From NCBI GenBank assembly GCA_964599845.1, contig CAZRHM010000001.1, positions 1 through 36,189 of the forward strand: 36,189 nucleotides of DNA. Direction: 5' to 3'. Numbering within the stretch: the stretch's first letter is position 1; every line of letters starts with the position of its first letter. This document shows positions 1 through 7,833 of the stretch, piece after piece. The DNA is from an uncultured Candidatus Saccharibacteria bacterium. Its GTDB lineage: Bacteria; Patescibacteriota; Dojkabacteria; J137. Under the pieces are notes generated by a model that was given only the letters and a program-made list of their open reading frames with translations, had not been told where the DNA came from and did not search any database. The translations under genes and the position numbers were made by a program.

Positions 1-11
1 TGACCTTTGAC

Positions 12-233
12 GTGACCTACAGCAGTGACTACGACGACGGCGCTCGGCGCTTTTTCGTCGGTGTCGATGCAGAAGCGCTGCAAATGGCCTATCACCTGGA
101 GCAGATGCTTGATCTGCTGACGACCACCATCGCCAGACCGGATAAGTTATTGGCAGTTCTCAAGGAAGACGACGCACAAAGACAGCGTCTCATCCCGCTC
201 GTGGAACGTCTCAACCACCTGCTTAGTGTGTGA
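12..233 (+). CDS. Hypothetical protein; may be the 3' part of a longer gene starting left of the window
   Basis: The frame is open back to nt 3, and the listed start is GTG. The ORF is followed by a clean intrinsic terminator. No family was recognised. Confidence 0.35.
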   Translation: MTYSSDYDDGARRFFVGVDAEALQMAYHLEQMLDLLTTTIARPDKLLAVLKEDDAQRQRLIPLVERLNHLLSV

Positions 234-268
234 CTGCGCGAATATCAACGAGCTGTCTCGATCCGCCT

Positions 269-296
269 GTCCCCACGCCGGGGACTTTTTTGTTTT
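269..296 (+). terminator. Rho-independent terminator
   Basis: Stem 'gtcccc' (269-274), loop 'acgcc', stem 'ggggac' (280-285), followed by 'ttttttgtttt'. It lies directly after the 12..233 ORF. Confidence 0.6.
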
Positions 297-323
297 CAGA
301 CGCAGTCCTCGAAAGGAGCGACC

Positions 324-1196
324 ATGCGCCAACTCCCCCTGTTTCCAGTCGATGATCCCGATCCGCTGGAGGAGACACCTGATCCACTCACTCTGCTTCG
401 CAACGGTGCGGCGCTCGTGCTGTCGATCTCAGGCGGCAAAGACAGTGATGCGATGACCCATTACCTGCTTGAACGGCGTCAGATAGAAGACTGGCCGGGT
501 GAGGTGGTGATGATTCATGCCGATCTCGGCGCGCGTGTCGAATGGCATCAGACGCCGGAATACGTTCGGAATCTCGCTCACCGGAAAGGTGTACCGCTGC
601 ATGTTGTCCGCTGGACACACGGCGATCTGATCGACCGCATCTGGCAGCGCTACTACAAAGATCCGTCGCGTCCGTGCTGGCCTTCTGCCAAAATGAGGTA
701 CTGTACGGCGGATTTGAAACGCGGGCCGATTTCACGCCAAATCCGGAATTTGTTCCCAACCGGAAACGTGATCTGTGCAATGGGCTTACGCGCTCAGGAG
801 AGTCACGCGCGCGCCAAACGTCAGACATTCGCGCTCCGCACCGATAGCAGCGCCCCCACCAGGGGGCGTTTTGTTTACGACTGGCTGCCGATCCACGATT
901 GGACGGAAACCGATGTATGGGACTGTCTCCATCACCACGGCGACATCGCGCATCCTGCGTATCGCCTGGAGCGACCTAATCACCGACTGTCCTGTGCGCT
1001 GTGTGTGCTGGCAAGCCTGAACGACCTCATCAACGGCGCAGTTCACAACCCGGATACCTATCGTGAATACTGCCGCATCGAAGCCGTCACTGGCTACAGC
1101 TTCCGCATGGACTTCTGGTTGTCGGACGTGAAGCCGGAACTTCTTCCACAGGAAACGCTGATCGCGGTGCAGGAACACAAACGTAAGACCGGGTAA
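324..1196 (+). CDS. PP-loop ATP-pyrophosphatase / phosphoadenosine-phosphosulfate-reductase-family protein
   Basis: It has the 'SISGGKDSDAM' PP-loop (SGGKDS) motif. Its size (~290 aa) and the C-terminal 'SCALCV' cysteine pair are typical of the PAPS-reductase-like proteins found on mobile elements. An AAGGAG RBS lies 7 nt upstream. Confidence 0.7.
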   Translation: MRQLPLFPVDDPDPLEETPDPLTLLRNGAALVLSISGGKDSDAMTHYLLERRQIEDWPGEVVMIHADLGARVEWHQTPEYVRNLAHRKGVPLHVVRWTHGDLIDRIWQRYYKDPSRPCWPSAKMRYCTADLKRGPISRQIRNLFPTGNVICAMGLRAQESHARAKRQTFALRTDSSAPTRGRFVYDWLPIHDWTETDVWDCLHHHGDIAHPAYRLERPNHRLSCALCVLASLNDLINGAVHNPDTYREYCRIEAVTGYSFRMDFWLSDVKPELLPQETLIAVQEHKRKTG

Positions 1197-1285
1197 GACG
1201 CGCTGGTTTTACCCGTAAGACCCATCCCCTGTACGACCCCATCCGACAAGTCATTACGCCTCTGTCCGACACCAAGGAGAAGCTT

Positions 1286-1732
1286 ATGCTCAATTCCGCT
1301 TTGGACTGGCAGCCGGTGCTGCTGGTCAAAGTCACCCGTGAGCCGTTCACAGGCACATCCTGCGGCTTGCAGGTCAGCCGCCTGCATCTGGCGTTGCATC
1401 CCGATGGCGTGGTCTGCGCCGCGTGGGATGTGCCACCCGAACAGCGCGACTTTCCACATGCGCGTCGCGTCGGCTGGAAGCCTCTGCGAGACGTGCCTTT
1501 CGATCTGCCCATTCGCTTTGAACGCAAAGGCGCTGCCCGCGTCTCAGCCCTCATCCCCAATGGCACGTGGGTTCTGCCCTACGACGAGGAACAGTACCGG
1601 CTCTATCTCCGCATCCAGCAGGTGTGGCACATGCTCATGGCACGTATCGAAACTGCACCCCACAGTCCCTACACGCTTGGCTTTGTGTATAGCTTGATTG
1701 CCACGACCACCCATTCACCCAATCTGAATTAG
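1286..1732 (+). CDS. Hypothetical protein
   Basis: An AAGGAG RBS lies upstream of the ATG, and the GC-rich codon pattern is consistent with its neighbours. No recognisable motifs. Confidence 0.5.
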   Translation: MLNSALDWQPVLLVKVTREPFTGTSCGLQVSRLHLALHPDGVVCAAWDVPPEQRDFPHARRVGWKPLRDVPFDLPIRFERKGAARVSALIPNGTWVLPYDEEQYRLYLRIQQVWHMLMARIETAPHSPYTLGFVYSLIATTTHSPNLN

Positions 1733-1748
1733 CACGAAAGGAACCCCC

Positions 1749-2366
1749 ATGACCACCGAAACCACCGCGCTCAACCGCTACAACCGCCTGTTCGACAACC
1801 AGCAGTACAGCGCTATCGCTGACCACATTGCCGTTGATTTGCGTGTCCCGCGTGAGTCGCTGCGCGTGTCTGACATGATGAACGAAGTCACAAATGCGGC
1901 GCTCAGTTTGAATGGTCACAGCCACTATGCGGATGCCTGGCTCAAGTTAGCGATATTCTGTGGACAAAACGGTGTGAGCATCCCGACCATTGATGCCATC
2001 TACAACTACCTCCTCATCTTCCAGCAGCCGGGCGACAATCGCGCTGAGGAGTTCGAGCTAACGGCCAAAGCTTTGCTCAAGGCCTACGAAACACAGGATA
2101 CACTCAAAGCAGCAGTGTCTTGCGCCAACGGCATACACGGCTGGCGCGGACGCATGGCGTATGACCTGCTGGCCGCATCTGACTACCTGGTACAGACAGC
2201 GGTTCAACTGCTCATCCATGGCAACCTGTCCTATACTTGCGAGAAGCTGCAATCCGGTCTGCGACGTATCACGGGGGCATTGTATGAAGGTGTTCGGCAT
2301 AGCGAGCGCCCGGAACTGTTCAATTTCTCCACAACCTACTTCCCCACCGAACAGGATCGCCGGTGA
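1749..2366 (+). CDS. Hypothetical protein
   Basis: An 'aaagga' RBS lies upstream and the gene starts 16 nt after the previous gene. No recognisable motifs. Confidence 0.5.
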   Translation: MTTETTALNRYNRLFDNQQYSAIADHIAVDLRVPRESLRVSDMMNEVTNAALSLNGHSHYADAWLKLAIFCGQNGVSIPTIDAIYNYLLIFQQPGDNRAEEFELTAKALLKAYETQDTLKAAVSCANGIHGWRGRMAYDLLAASDYLVQTAVQLLIHGNLSYTCEKLQSGLRRITGALYEGVRHSERPELFNFSTTYFPTEQDRR

Positions 2367-2832
2367 GGTTGCCCATCAGGTGACGATACCCGCGTCCCCG
2401 CAGGAGTTGTTAGGGTAAAGTGCGGACCTGTCTCGTGGTATCTCGCTTCCTTTGCGTTTCCAGCATGACGGTTTCACAGCGAGGCTGGGCTGGCTTGCCA
2501 CATCATCCAGACTTAGGATGCAGCCTCGTCACTACCGACTGCCCTTTCGTGCTTTTGCCACGTTCCTATGTCCCCCTATCCATTCACGAGCTGAGATTGC
2601 TCTGCTCGCCATCGTCCTGACCGCCATCCGATAACTGTCTACCCCCTCATCCTGTCTGACAACGGTGCAGGGTACGCTCCCAATCCGGTGTTCTGCTGAT
2701 GGCTAGCCGGACCCATCTTTTCCCTCTCTGCGGTGGCGCTTATCTCTCATGTTCCTCAACCCCATAAACCGCTGATTTATGTTGATCATGCTAGCAGGCG
2801 CGCCCCCTTTCAAAGTCCGTTGGACTTCGCTT

Positions 2833-2898
2833 TATCCATTTCTTCCTGGCTCGCGCCGTTCGCGTTACACGTAACGCGCCCTCACCAGAAATGGATAG
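2833..2898. promoter_or_regulatory. Nested inverted repeat upstream of ssb
   Basis: The outer 11-bp arms are 'tatccatttct' (2833-2843) and 'agaaatggata' (2887-2897). They enclose an inner 8-bp hairpin, 'cgcgttac-ac-gtaacgcg'. Confidence 0.35.
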
Positions 2899-3002
2899 CG
2901 CCCTATGGGTGAAAGTGGTCTTGTTCGCCTGCTTTGGGCAGGACAACAAATCAGCATGGGGCTGATGAAACAGATGAGCGCAAAACGCGCAGGAGGCTCA
3001 AA

Positions 3003-3380
3003 ATGTCAAGCATTATCCAGGTCAGTATCACCGGTTTTGTTGGGAGCGATCCCGTAGTGCGCACCGTCCAGACCAGCAATGGCGACAGACAGGTGGCATC
3101 TTTCTCGGTGGCAGTCAACCGCACCAATGGCGGCGGCCAGAAGCAAACCCTCTGGGTGCGCGTGAACTGCTGGGGACGCTTGGCTGAAGTGGCAAACAGC
3201 TACGTGAAGCGCGGGTCCCATATTCAGTTGACCGGTTCCTGGCTGCGTCCGAGCGCCTGGATCGACCAGAGCGGCAACCCGCAGTCCAGCCTCGATATGG
3301 ATGTTGACCGCCTGATCCTGCTGGATCGCGCCAACGGCGACAGCGACGATACCCCCGAAGACGAAACCATCCCCTTCTGA
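3003..3380 (+). CDS. ssb: Single-stranded DNA-binding protein
   Basis: The sequence has an OB-fold SSB pattern ('ITGFVGSDPV...', 'LWVRVNCWGRLAE', 'GSHIQLTGSW'). It ends in an acidic tail, '...DDTPEDETIPF', resembling the canonical D-D-D-I-P-F. AGGAGG at 2991-2996 lies 6 nt before ATG 3003, so the longer ORF starting at 2934 is unlikely. Confidence 0.85.
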   Translation: MSSIIQVSITGFVGSDPVVRTVQTSNGDRQVASFSVAVNRTNGGGQKQTLWVRVNCWGRLAEVANSYVKRGSHIQLTGSWLRPSAWIDQSGNPQSSLDMDVDRLILLDRANGDSDDTPEDETIPF

Positions 3381-3406
3381 GTCGAACCCCGCATAACTCC
3401 CCTGCT

Positions 3407-3438
3407 GAGGCGGTGCGCGAGCATCGCCTCTTTATTTT
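3407..3438 (+). terminator. Rho-independent terminator after ssb
   Basis: A 10-bp stem (3407-3416 / 3421-3430, with one G-U pair) closes a 'gcga' tetraloop and is followed by 'tttatttt'. Confidence 0.65.
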
Positions 3439-3505
3439 GGCAGCTCCCCTCTTCCGCTTGACTATCCCAATCCCATATTTTTGTCCCACAGTCCGTGCGC
3501 GTTTG

Positions 3506-3854
3506 CGGCGATACGGGCATCCATGATGCAGTATCGCCGTTGGCGCTGCCTCGCAGCAGCGCCGCGTCCTACGGACGCCGAACCCATCTCAGCGTAAACG
3601 ATTGTCCGTCGGACACGTTTGCGGCTGTCTCAGGTCATACCGGCTCGTGAGAGCGTATGACAGGCTGAGATGGGTCGCCAGCTAAAACGCTGGCTCCTCA
3701 TGCGCCGGAGGGGCTGGTGCGCCACGCCCACGTGACGCACCGCTGACCATGCGACTACATGCTGGTCAGCGCGTCGGCGCGGTATTCCACGCCGACCGAA
3801 CGCACCTGCTGTGCGTTCACGGACGCAGACAACGATAAGCAAGAGGCTGCGTCC
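3506..3854. promoter_or_regulatory. Hairpin-dense GC-rich non-coding block; candidate oriT / single-strand initiation region or structured RNA
   Basis: At least nine different perfect or near-perfect inverted repeats lie within ~350 bp. They are: 3506-3539 (9 bp + inner 5 bp), 3542-3563 (8 bp), 3564-3578 (6 bp), 3582-3593/3664-3675 (12 bp, enclosing further hairpins), 3677-3694 (6 bp), 3742-3770 (8 bp), 3798-3818 (8 bp) and 3821-3854 (8 bp). Confidence 0.3.
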
Positions 3855-4043
3855 AAAACGAAAATATTACTACGTTAAGCGACTACCGCCGCAGTAGAAC
3901 AATATATTCGCCCGGGATAAGCAAACAATGTGACTCGGTAAGCCACCACAATTCACTGTAGTGCATGTTCGTGGTCGCGGTAACTCGATTTTTTGTATAT
4001 AATCGATGAATGTCCAGTCTGCCACTCAAAGCAATGGTGATTT

Positions 4044-4793
4044 TTGATGACAGCGCAACGTTTATTAGTGATTGCATGTACTAAACGAAAGAAAACCGAT
4101 GTGGGTGAGTTGCCAGCATTATACAGATATGACGGCCCCTCTTTTAGAGTACTTAGGAAGTATATTGATCGCAACCCAGAGGATGCAGGACAACTAGATA
4201 TTTTTGTGCTTTCGGCGCACTACAGACTAATCGATGCCAGTACAAAAATTTCGTATTACGACACTCTCATGGACAATGAACGAGCAAATTCGATGAGAGA
4301 TGAGGTCACTGCGTCGTTGACCAAACAAATCACTTATAAGAGCTACAACTCGATATGCATTGCTTTAAGCAAAAAATATAGTCAAGCGGTTGGTGATCTT
4401 TCCCACCTTGCCACACCAGTGTCTAGGATACAGGCACCGCAAGGTGAGTTTTTAGCACTACTTAAAAAATGGCTGTGGCGGGTAAGTTCGAGCGACACAG
4501 ATGAACGTCACACCTTAAACGCAAATCGCAAAAGAGGTATGACTACGCTACGTGGAGTCCCAATTCACTATAGCATCAACGATGTTTGGTCAGTCGTGGA
4601 GAAAAAAATATCAAGTGAACATCCTGGCATGTACAACTATCGCAACTGGTACGTTGAATTCAAAGGCCACCGTCTTTCTCCCAAATGGATTGTGAGTAAT
4701 TTAACCGGTATTCCGGTGGGAAGATTTACTGCTGGCGAGGCACGACGGGTCCTTCACCAGATTGGCATCAGCTGTAGAAAACTAGAAAACTAG
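4044..4793 (+). CDS. Hypothetical protein with a DUF6884/YaaA(DUF328)-like N-terminal pattern and a putative C-terminal DNA-binding module
   Basis: N-terminal motifs are 'LLVIACTKRKK', 'LPALYRYDGPSFRVL' and 'IFVLSAHYRLID...ISYYD'. The C-terminus, 'WYVEFKGHRLSPKWIVSNLTGIPVGRFTAGEARRVLHQIGI', resembles small DNA-binding modules seen on restriction-related proteins. The family call rests on pattern memory only. Confidence 0.45.
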   Translation: MMTAQRLLVIACTKRKKTDVGELPALYRYDGPSFRVLRKYIDRNPEDAGQLDIFVLSAHYRLIDASTKISYYDTLMDNERANSMRDEVTASLTKQITYKSYNSICIALSKKYSQAVGDLSHLATPVSRIQAPQGEFLALLKKWLWRVSSSDTDERHTLNANRKRGMTTLRGVPIHYSINDVWSVVEKKISSEHPGMYNYRNWYVEFKGHRLSPKWIVSNLTGIPVGRFTAGEARRVLHQIGISCRKLEN

Positions 4794-4807
4794 CGAAAGA
4801 TCACAAT

Positions 4808-5977
4808 ATGGATTCAGTAAAGCACGTCACATTAGGTCAAAAATCAATAGTTACGCCCTGTGTAGTTGCCAGTTATCGCATCAATGACTTTCCACGAGCA
4901 GGGTTGTTATGTCATCCATGGCAATTAACCGACACACAAAGCGTGCTGGTAAATGCTTACGATCTCCTGGCAAATCCGAGAACCAAGAAATACACTGAAG
5001 ACATCAGACAGCGAGAACACAAACTCCACGACCATATAGAATTTAGTGGACCGATAATCCTTGATTCAGGGGCATTCAATTTTCTAAAAGATGAGAAAGT
5101 TTCCATTGAAGCAACTGATGTCCTGAACATAGGTATCGAAATGGAAACTGACATGGCAGTCGTGCTAGATCACCCTTTTCCCCCACATCTTGCGAATACC
5201 GAAGAGATGCAGGTGCGGTGGGGCAATACTATGCGTAATACACGCGAAATGTTTGAAGCACTTGGAGATCATACTCGACCTTATCTTATGCCGGTATTGC
5301 ATGGACATGATCATGCCACTCTGCATCGAGGCCTAGATGAACTTATCAATTTCTTGGGGCATGAACCGCATGTTATAGGTATAGGGAGCTTAGCGCCAAT
5401 AGCGCAAAATGGCAGTAAACATACCGCAATTGATGTATTATTAGCAGTTAGAAAATTACTTCCGAATGCACATATTCATTGTTTTTCGATGGGTTCTGCA
5501 TTACTGATGTTATTGGCCTTCTATTGTGGGGCAGATACTGTCGACTCTCAGACCTGGATACTGAGTGCTGCATTCAAACAGGCGCAAATGCCTGGATACT
5601 ACATAACACGGTTATCGTACAAAGAGCATCAGAAGGACAGCGAAAAATATACGGCTGCACGCAACAGGTTTGCTGAACACCTTCTCCATTTGGTAGAGCA
5701 TAATTATTGTGTGCGTGACTGGATAAGCGGCGAGCCTTGGATTATAACTACGCACAGAGACGCATTAAGTTATGTTGACTATCTAGAAGATCAGCAGGAC
5801 TTAAATCGAGTTCACCAGCGTGCGTGCCATAATTTGTACTCGTTTAACTTTGAAGCGAGAAGTTATCGTGAAGAACTTATCAACGGTAACGTAGAAGACT
5901 TTATTCGGAAACGCGTTGCAAAAACAAAATACTCAAAAGTATTTGAATACGCAGTACAGCAAAAACACAAGGGCTGA
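4808..5977 (+). CDS. TGT-fold (queuine/archaeosine tRNA-ribosyltransferase superfamily) enzyme; DpdA-like putative DNA-guanine transglycosylase
   Basis: Motifs appear in the TGT order: 'IILDSGAFNF' (cf. DSGGFQ), 'VIGIGSLAP', 'CFSMGSALL...CGADTVDSQTW' (cf. G-x-D-x-FD-x with the nucleophile Asp) and C-terminal 'VHQRACHNLYSF...FIRKR' (cf. HNL...). No CxCxxC zinc motif is visible. The genomic context includes queC and yhhQ. Confidence 0.75.
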   Translation: MDSVKHVTLGQKSIVTPCVVASYRINDFPRAGLLCHPWQLTDTQSVLVNAYDLLANPRTKKYTEDIRQREHKLHDHIEFSGPIILDSGAFNFLKDEKVSIEATDVLNIGIEMETDMAVVLDHPFPPHLANTEEMQVRWGNTMRNTREMFEALGDHTRPYLMPVLHGHDHATLHRGLDELINFLGHEPHVIGIGSLAPIAQNGSKHTAIDVLLAVRKLLPNAHIHCFSMGSALLMLLAFYCGADTVDSQTWILSAAFKQAQMPGYYITRLSYKEHQKDSEKYTAARNRFAEHLLHLVEHNYCVRDWISGEPWIITTHRDALSYVDYLEDQQDLNRVHQRACHNLYSFNFEARSYREELINGNVEDFIRKRVAKTKYSKVFEYAVQQKHKG

Positions 5978-5980
5978 TGG

Positions 5981-7825
5981 ATGTCAGAGATTTCGAAAAT
6001 CTACACTAACTACGGCGAGTCTCTCCGCTATTCTCAAGTGAAATACACGGACTTATACAGTGAAAGGGCATCGAACGCGGCAGAATTTTATAATCAGTTC
6101 TTCCACAACCTTACAATTCCGTTCTCAGAATTGTTCGAGGATGCAGCCCAGCGTCGACAAATCCATCGACAGATAAATCGCTTCTTTGGCGGTGAGAAAA
6201 TCGACTTTGTAGCGATCGATGGAACAAACTTTAAAGACCCTTTTCAAGACTTTATTGTCTTTTTTGCTTGTGCATATGGATCAAAGGGGCAAGTTAACCT
6301 CACAAACGACCCACCGCAAATCAATTATGAGCGGTGGTCACTTGATAAAGACGTATCTATGGTTACTTACGTACCGATTCCATTCGCCGAATTTGCAGAT
6401 GTTGTTGACCAAGACAGGCTTGAAGACTTTTTGGTATCGGACGGAGATTATATCAACTTTTCCAACATCGATACGCAAATAATGGCGTTAGCGGAAGTAT
6501 TCCTGGCATATAATGTGGCATCATCCTCACTGATTGATGCCCCAAAATTGATCCTGATGGATCGTTCTCCTAGTAGCATGATTGCTGATGTGGCTGTAAA
6601 TCCTGAACAGTTGCCGATGCTAGACTATCCGTTTGACCGTCGGCGACTCTCAGTTGCCGACGCAAGAGTTGTGATGGCCCACCCGTTCAATGAAAATCTG
6701 GGAGTTCCAACTCTGAAACGCTTCCGTCAATACTCAGCACTTATTGCTGAGTTTCATAACCGACGTACTCAACGTATCAATTTACCAGAATACGCTCTGA
6801 AACACGGCCTACGTGTAAATGATTTAACCGATGCACTACGTTTGCTTGAAAGAAGTGAAATCGGCCCTCCATTCGCCAGACGCGAAGGTGACTGGTTAAG
6901 AACGGACATTGATGTTCGCGCTTCATGGGATTACTGTGTCGGACTTTTTGAGAGTATCTGTCGCAGATTGTTCATCGAAAAAGATCAGACTGCTTTAATC
7001 TACGAAACACGTGACGAAGCTGGAGTTCTGCGGATGCGTTGGATGTCACCAGACGACATTCGTTTTCTTACAGCCATCGGAATACGAGTGTTGATTGAAA
7101 AGTGTTGGGACAAAAAAATCTTACTCACGGGAATAATCAAGGATTCAGCCTCGAAGTATTTGACAAGAAACTATCTTGGAACGATGAAGTTGCTTGGCAG
7201 CAAAGGCTATCCAGAACTCAATGATTTACAGATCAAACTGCTACCATGGACTGACCGGATTTTCTTAGAACTATTGCCACTGATTGATGACGAGTTGCAA
7301 GCACCATGGAGTTCTATCGAGTTTGATTCAATGTATATGACGGTACACGCTAGAACGGATGAACACAATCGACCTATCATTAGTGGTGCCCGCAGTGTTT
7401 TTGTGGCACCGGAGCGATTATTTGCACGTTCGCTAGGGCAGTTCTTCTTGAAACGCGACAAATCGACACCCCTCATGGGGCATGTTGTGTTTATTGATCG
7501 ATTGCTATTTCCCGATTGGGATGCAGATGCGCTTAACCAGGTAGAAATACAAAACCGTTTACTCGGGAAAATTCAGCCTTTGTGCTATAAGACACGCGAT
7601 GATGTTAATATTGGTCAAAGGATCAATATGTATCTACTTAGTGTATTAACACGTAATCACTTCCCGGAGGTTATTGGTTATCCTGATCCACTTCACAAAG
7701 CTGACTGGGGTGCAAAATCAGTTGGCGAACGTGCTCGTAAACTGATTGCCTCAAGTACATTTTCATTTCGGTCCCAACCTCTGAGTAGGACTTTTCGGAA
7801 TATTCGAGATTCTTTCCACCGTTAG
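5981..7825 (+). CDS. NurA-like nuclease-domain protein (614 aa)
   Basis: Motif order resembles NurA: 'FVAIDGTNF', 'LILMDRSPSS', 'LTGIIKDSASKYL', 'IGYPDPLHKADWGAKS'. It lies immediately upstream of a HerA-like ATPase, which is the classical NurA-HerA pairing. Confidence 0.55.
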   Translation: MSEISKIYTNYGESLRYSQVKYTDLYSERASNAAEFYNQFFHNLTIPFSELFEDAAQRRQIHRQINRFFGGEKIDFVAIDGTNFKDPFQDFIVFFACAYGSKGQVNLTNDPPQINYERWSLDKDVSMVTYVPIPFAEFADVVDQDRLEDFLVSDGDYINFSNIDTQIMALAEVFLAYNVASSSLIDAPKLILMDRSPSSMIADVAVNPEQLPMLDYPFDRRRLSVADARVVMAHPFNENLGVPTLKRFRQYSALIAEFHNRRTQRINLPEYALKHGLRVNDLTDALRLLERSEIGPPFARREGDWLRTDIDVRASWDYCVGLFESICRRLFIEKDQTALIYETRDEAGVLRMRWMSPDDIRFLTAIGIRVLIEKCWDKKILLTGIIKDSASKYLTRNYLGTMKLLGSKGYPELNDLQIKLLPWTDRIFLELLPLIDDELQAPWSSIEFDSMYMTVHARTDEHNRPIISGARSVFVAPERLFARSLGQFFLKRDKSTPLMGHVVFIDRLLFPDWDADALNQVEIQNRLLGKIQPLCYKTRDDVNIGQRINMYLLSVLTRNHFPEVIGYPDPLHKADWGAKSVGERARKLIASSTFSFRSQPLSRTFRNIRDSFHR

Positions 7826-7833
7826 AGGTTTAC

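Noticed and set aside
388-1566. Long - strand ORFs (388..828, 786..1178, 1087..1566, 1094..1459) and overlapping + strand ORFs inside or around the PP-loop gene
   Set aside because: These are typical shadow ORFs of GC-rich coding DNA. They have no RBS and no motifs, and they overlap a gene with a clear SGGKDS signature.
2420-2634. Two overlapping small + strand ORFs (66 and 60 aa) in the ssb leader
   Set aside because: They have non-ATG or unsupported starts, no RBS, and Cys/Ser/Leu-rich improbable peptides. The region is treated as non-coding.
2934-3002. N-terminal extension of the ssb ORF (start at 2934)
   Set aside because: A strong AGGAGG at 2991-2996 lies just upstream of ATG 3003, and the SSB OB-fold begins right at 'MSSIIQV'. 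The extension is hydrophilic and unlike SSB.
3630-3842. 70-aa - strand ORF in the hairpin-dense block
   Set aside because: The translation is Arg-rich and low-complexity, with no RBS. The DNA is better explained by stacked inverted repeats. It is kept as a caveat in the corresponding finding.
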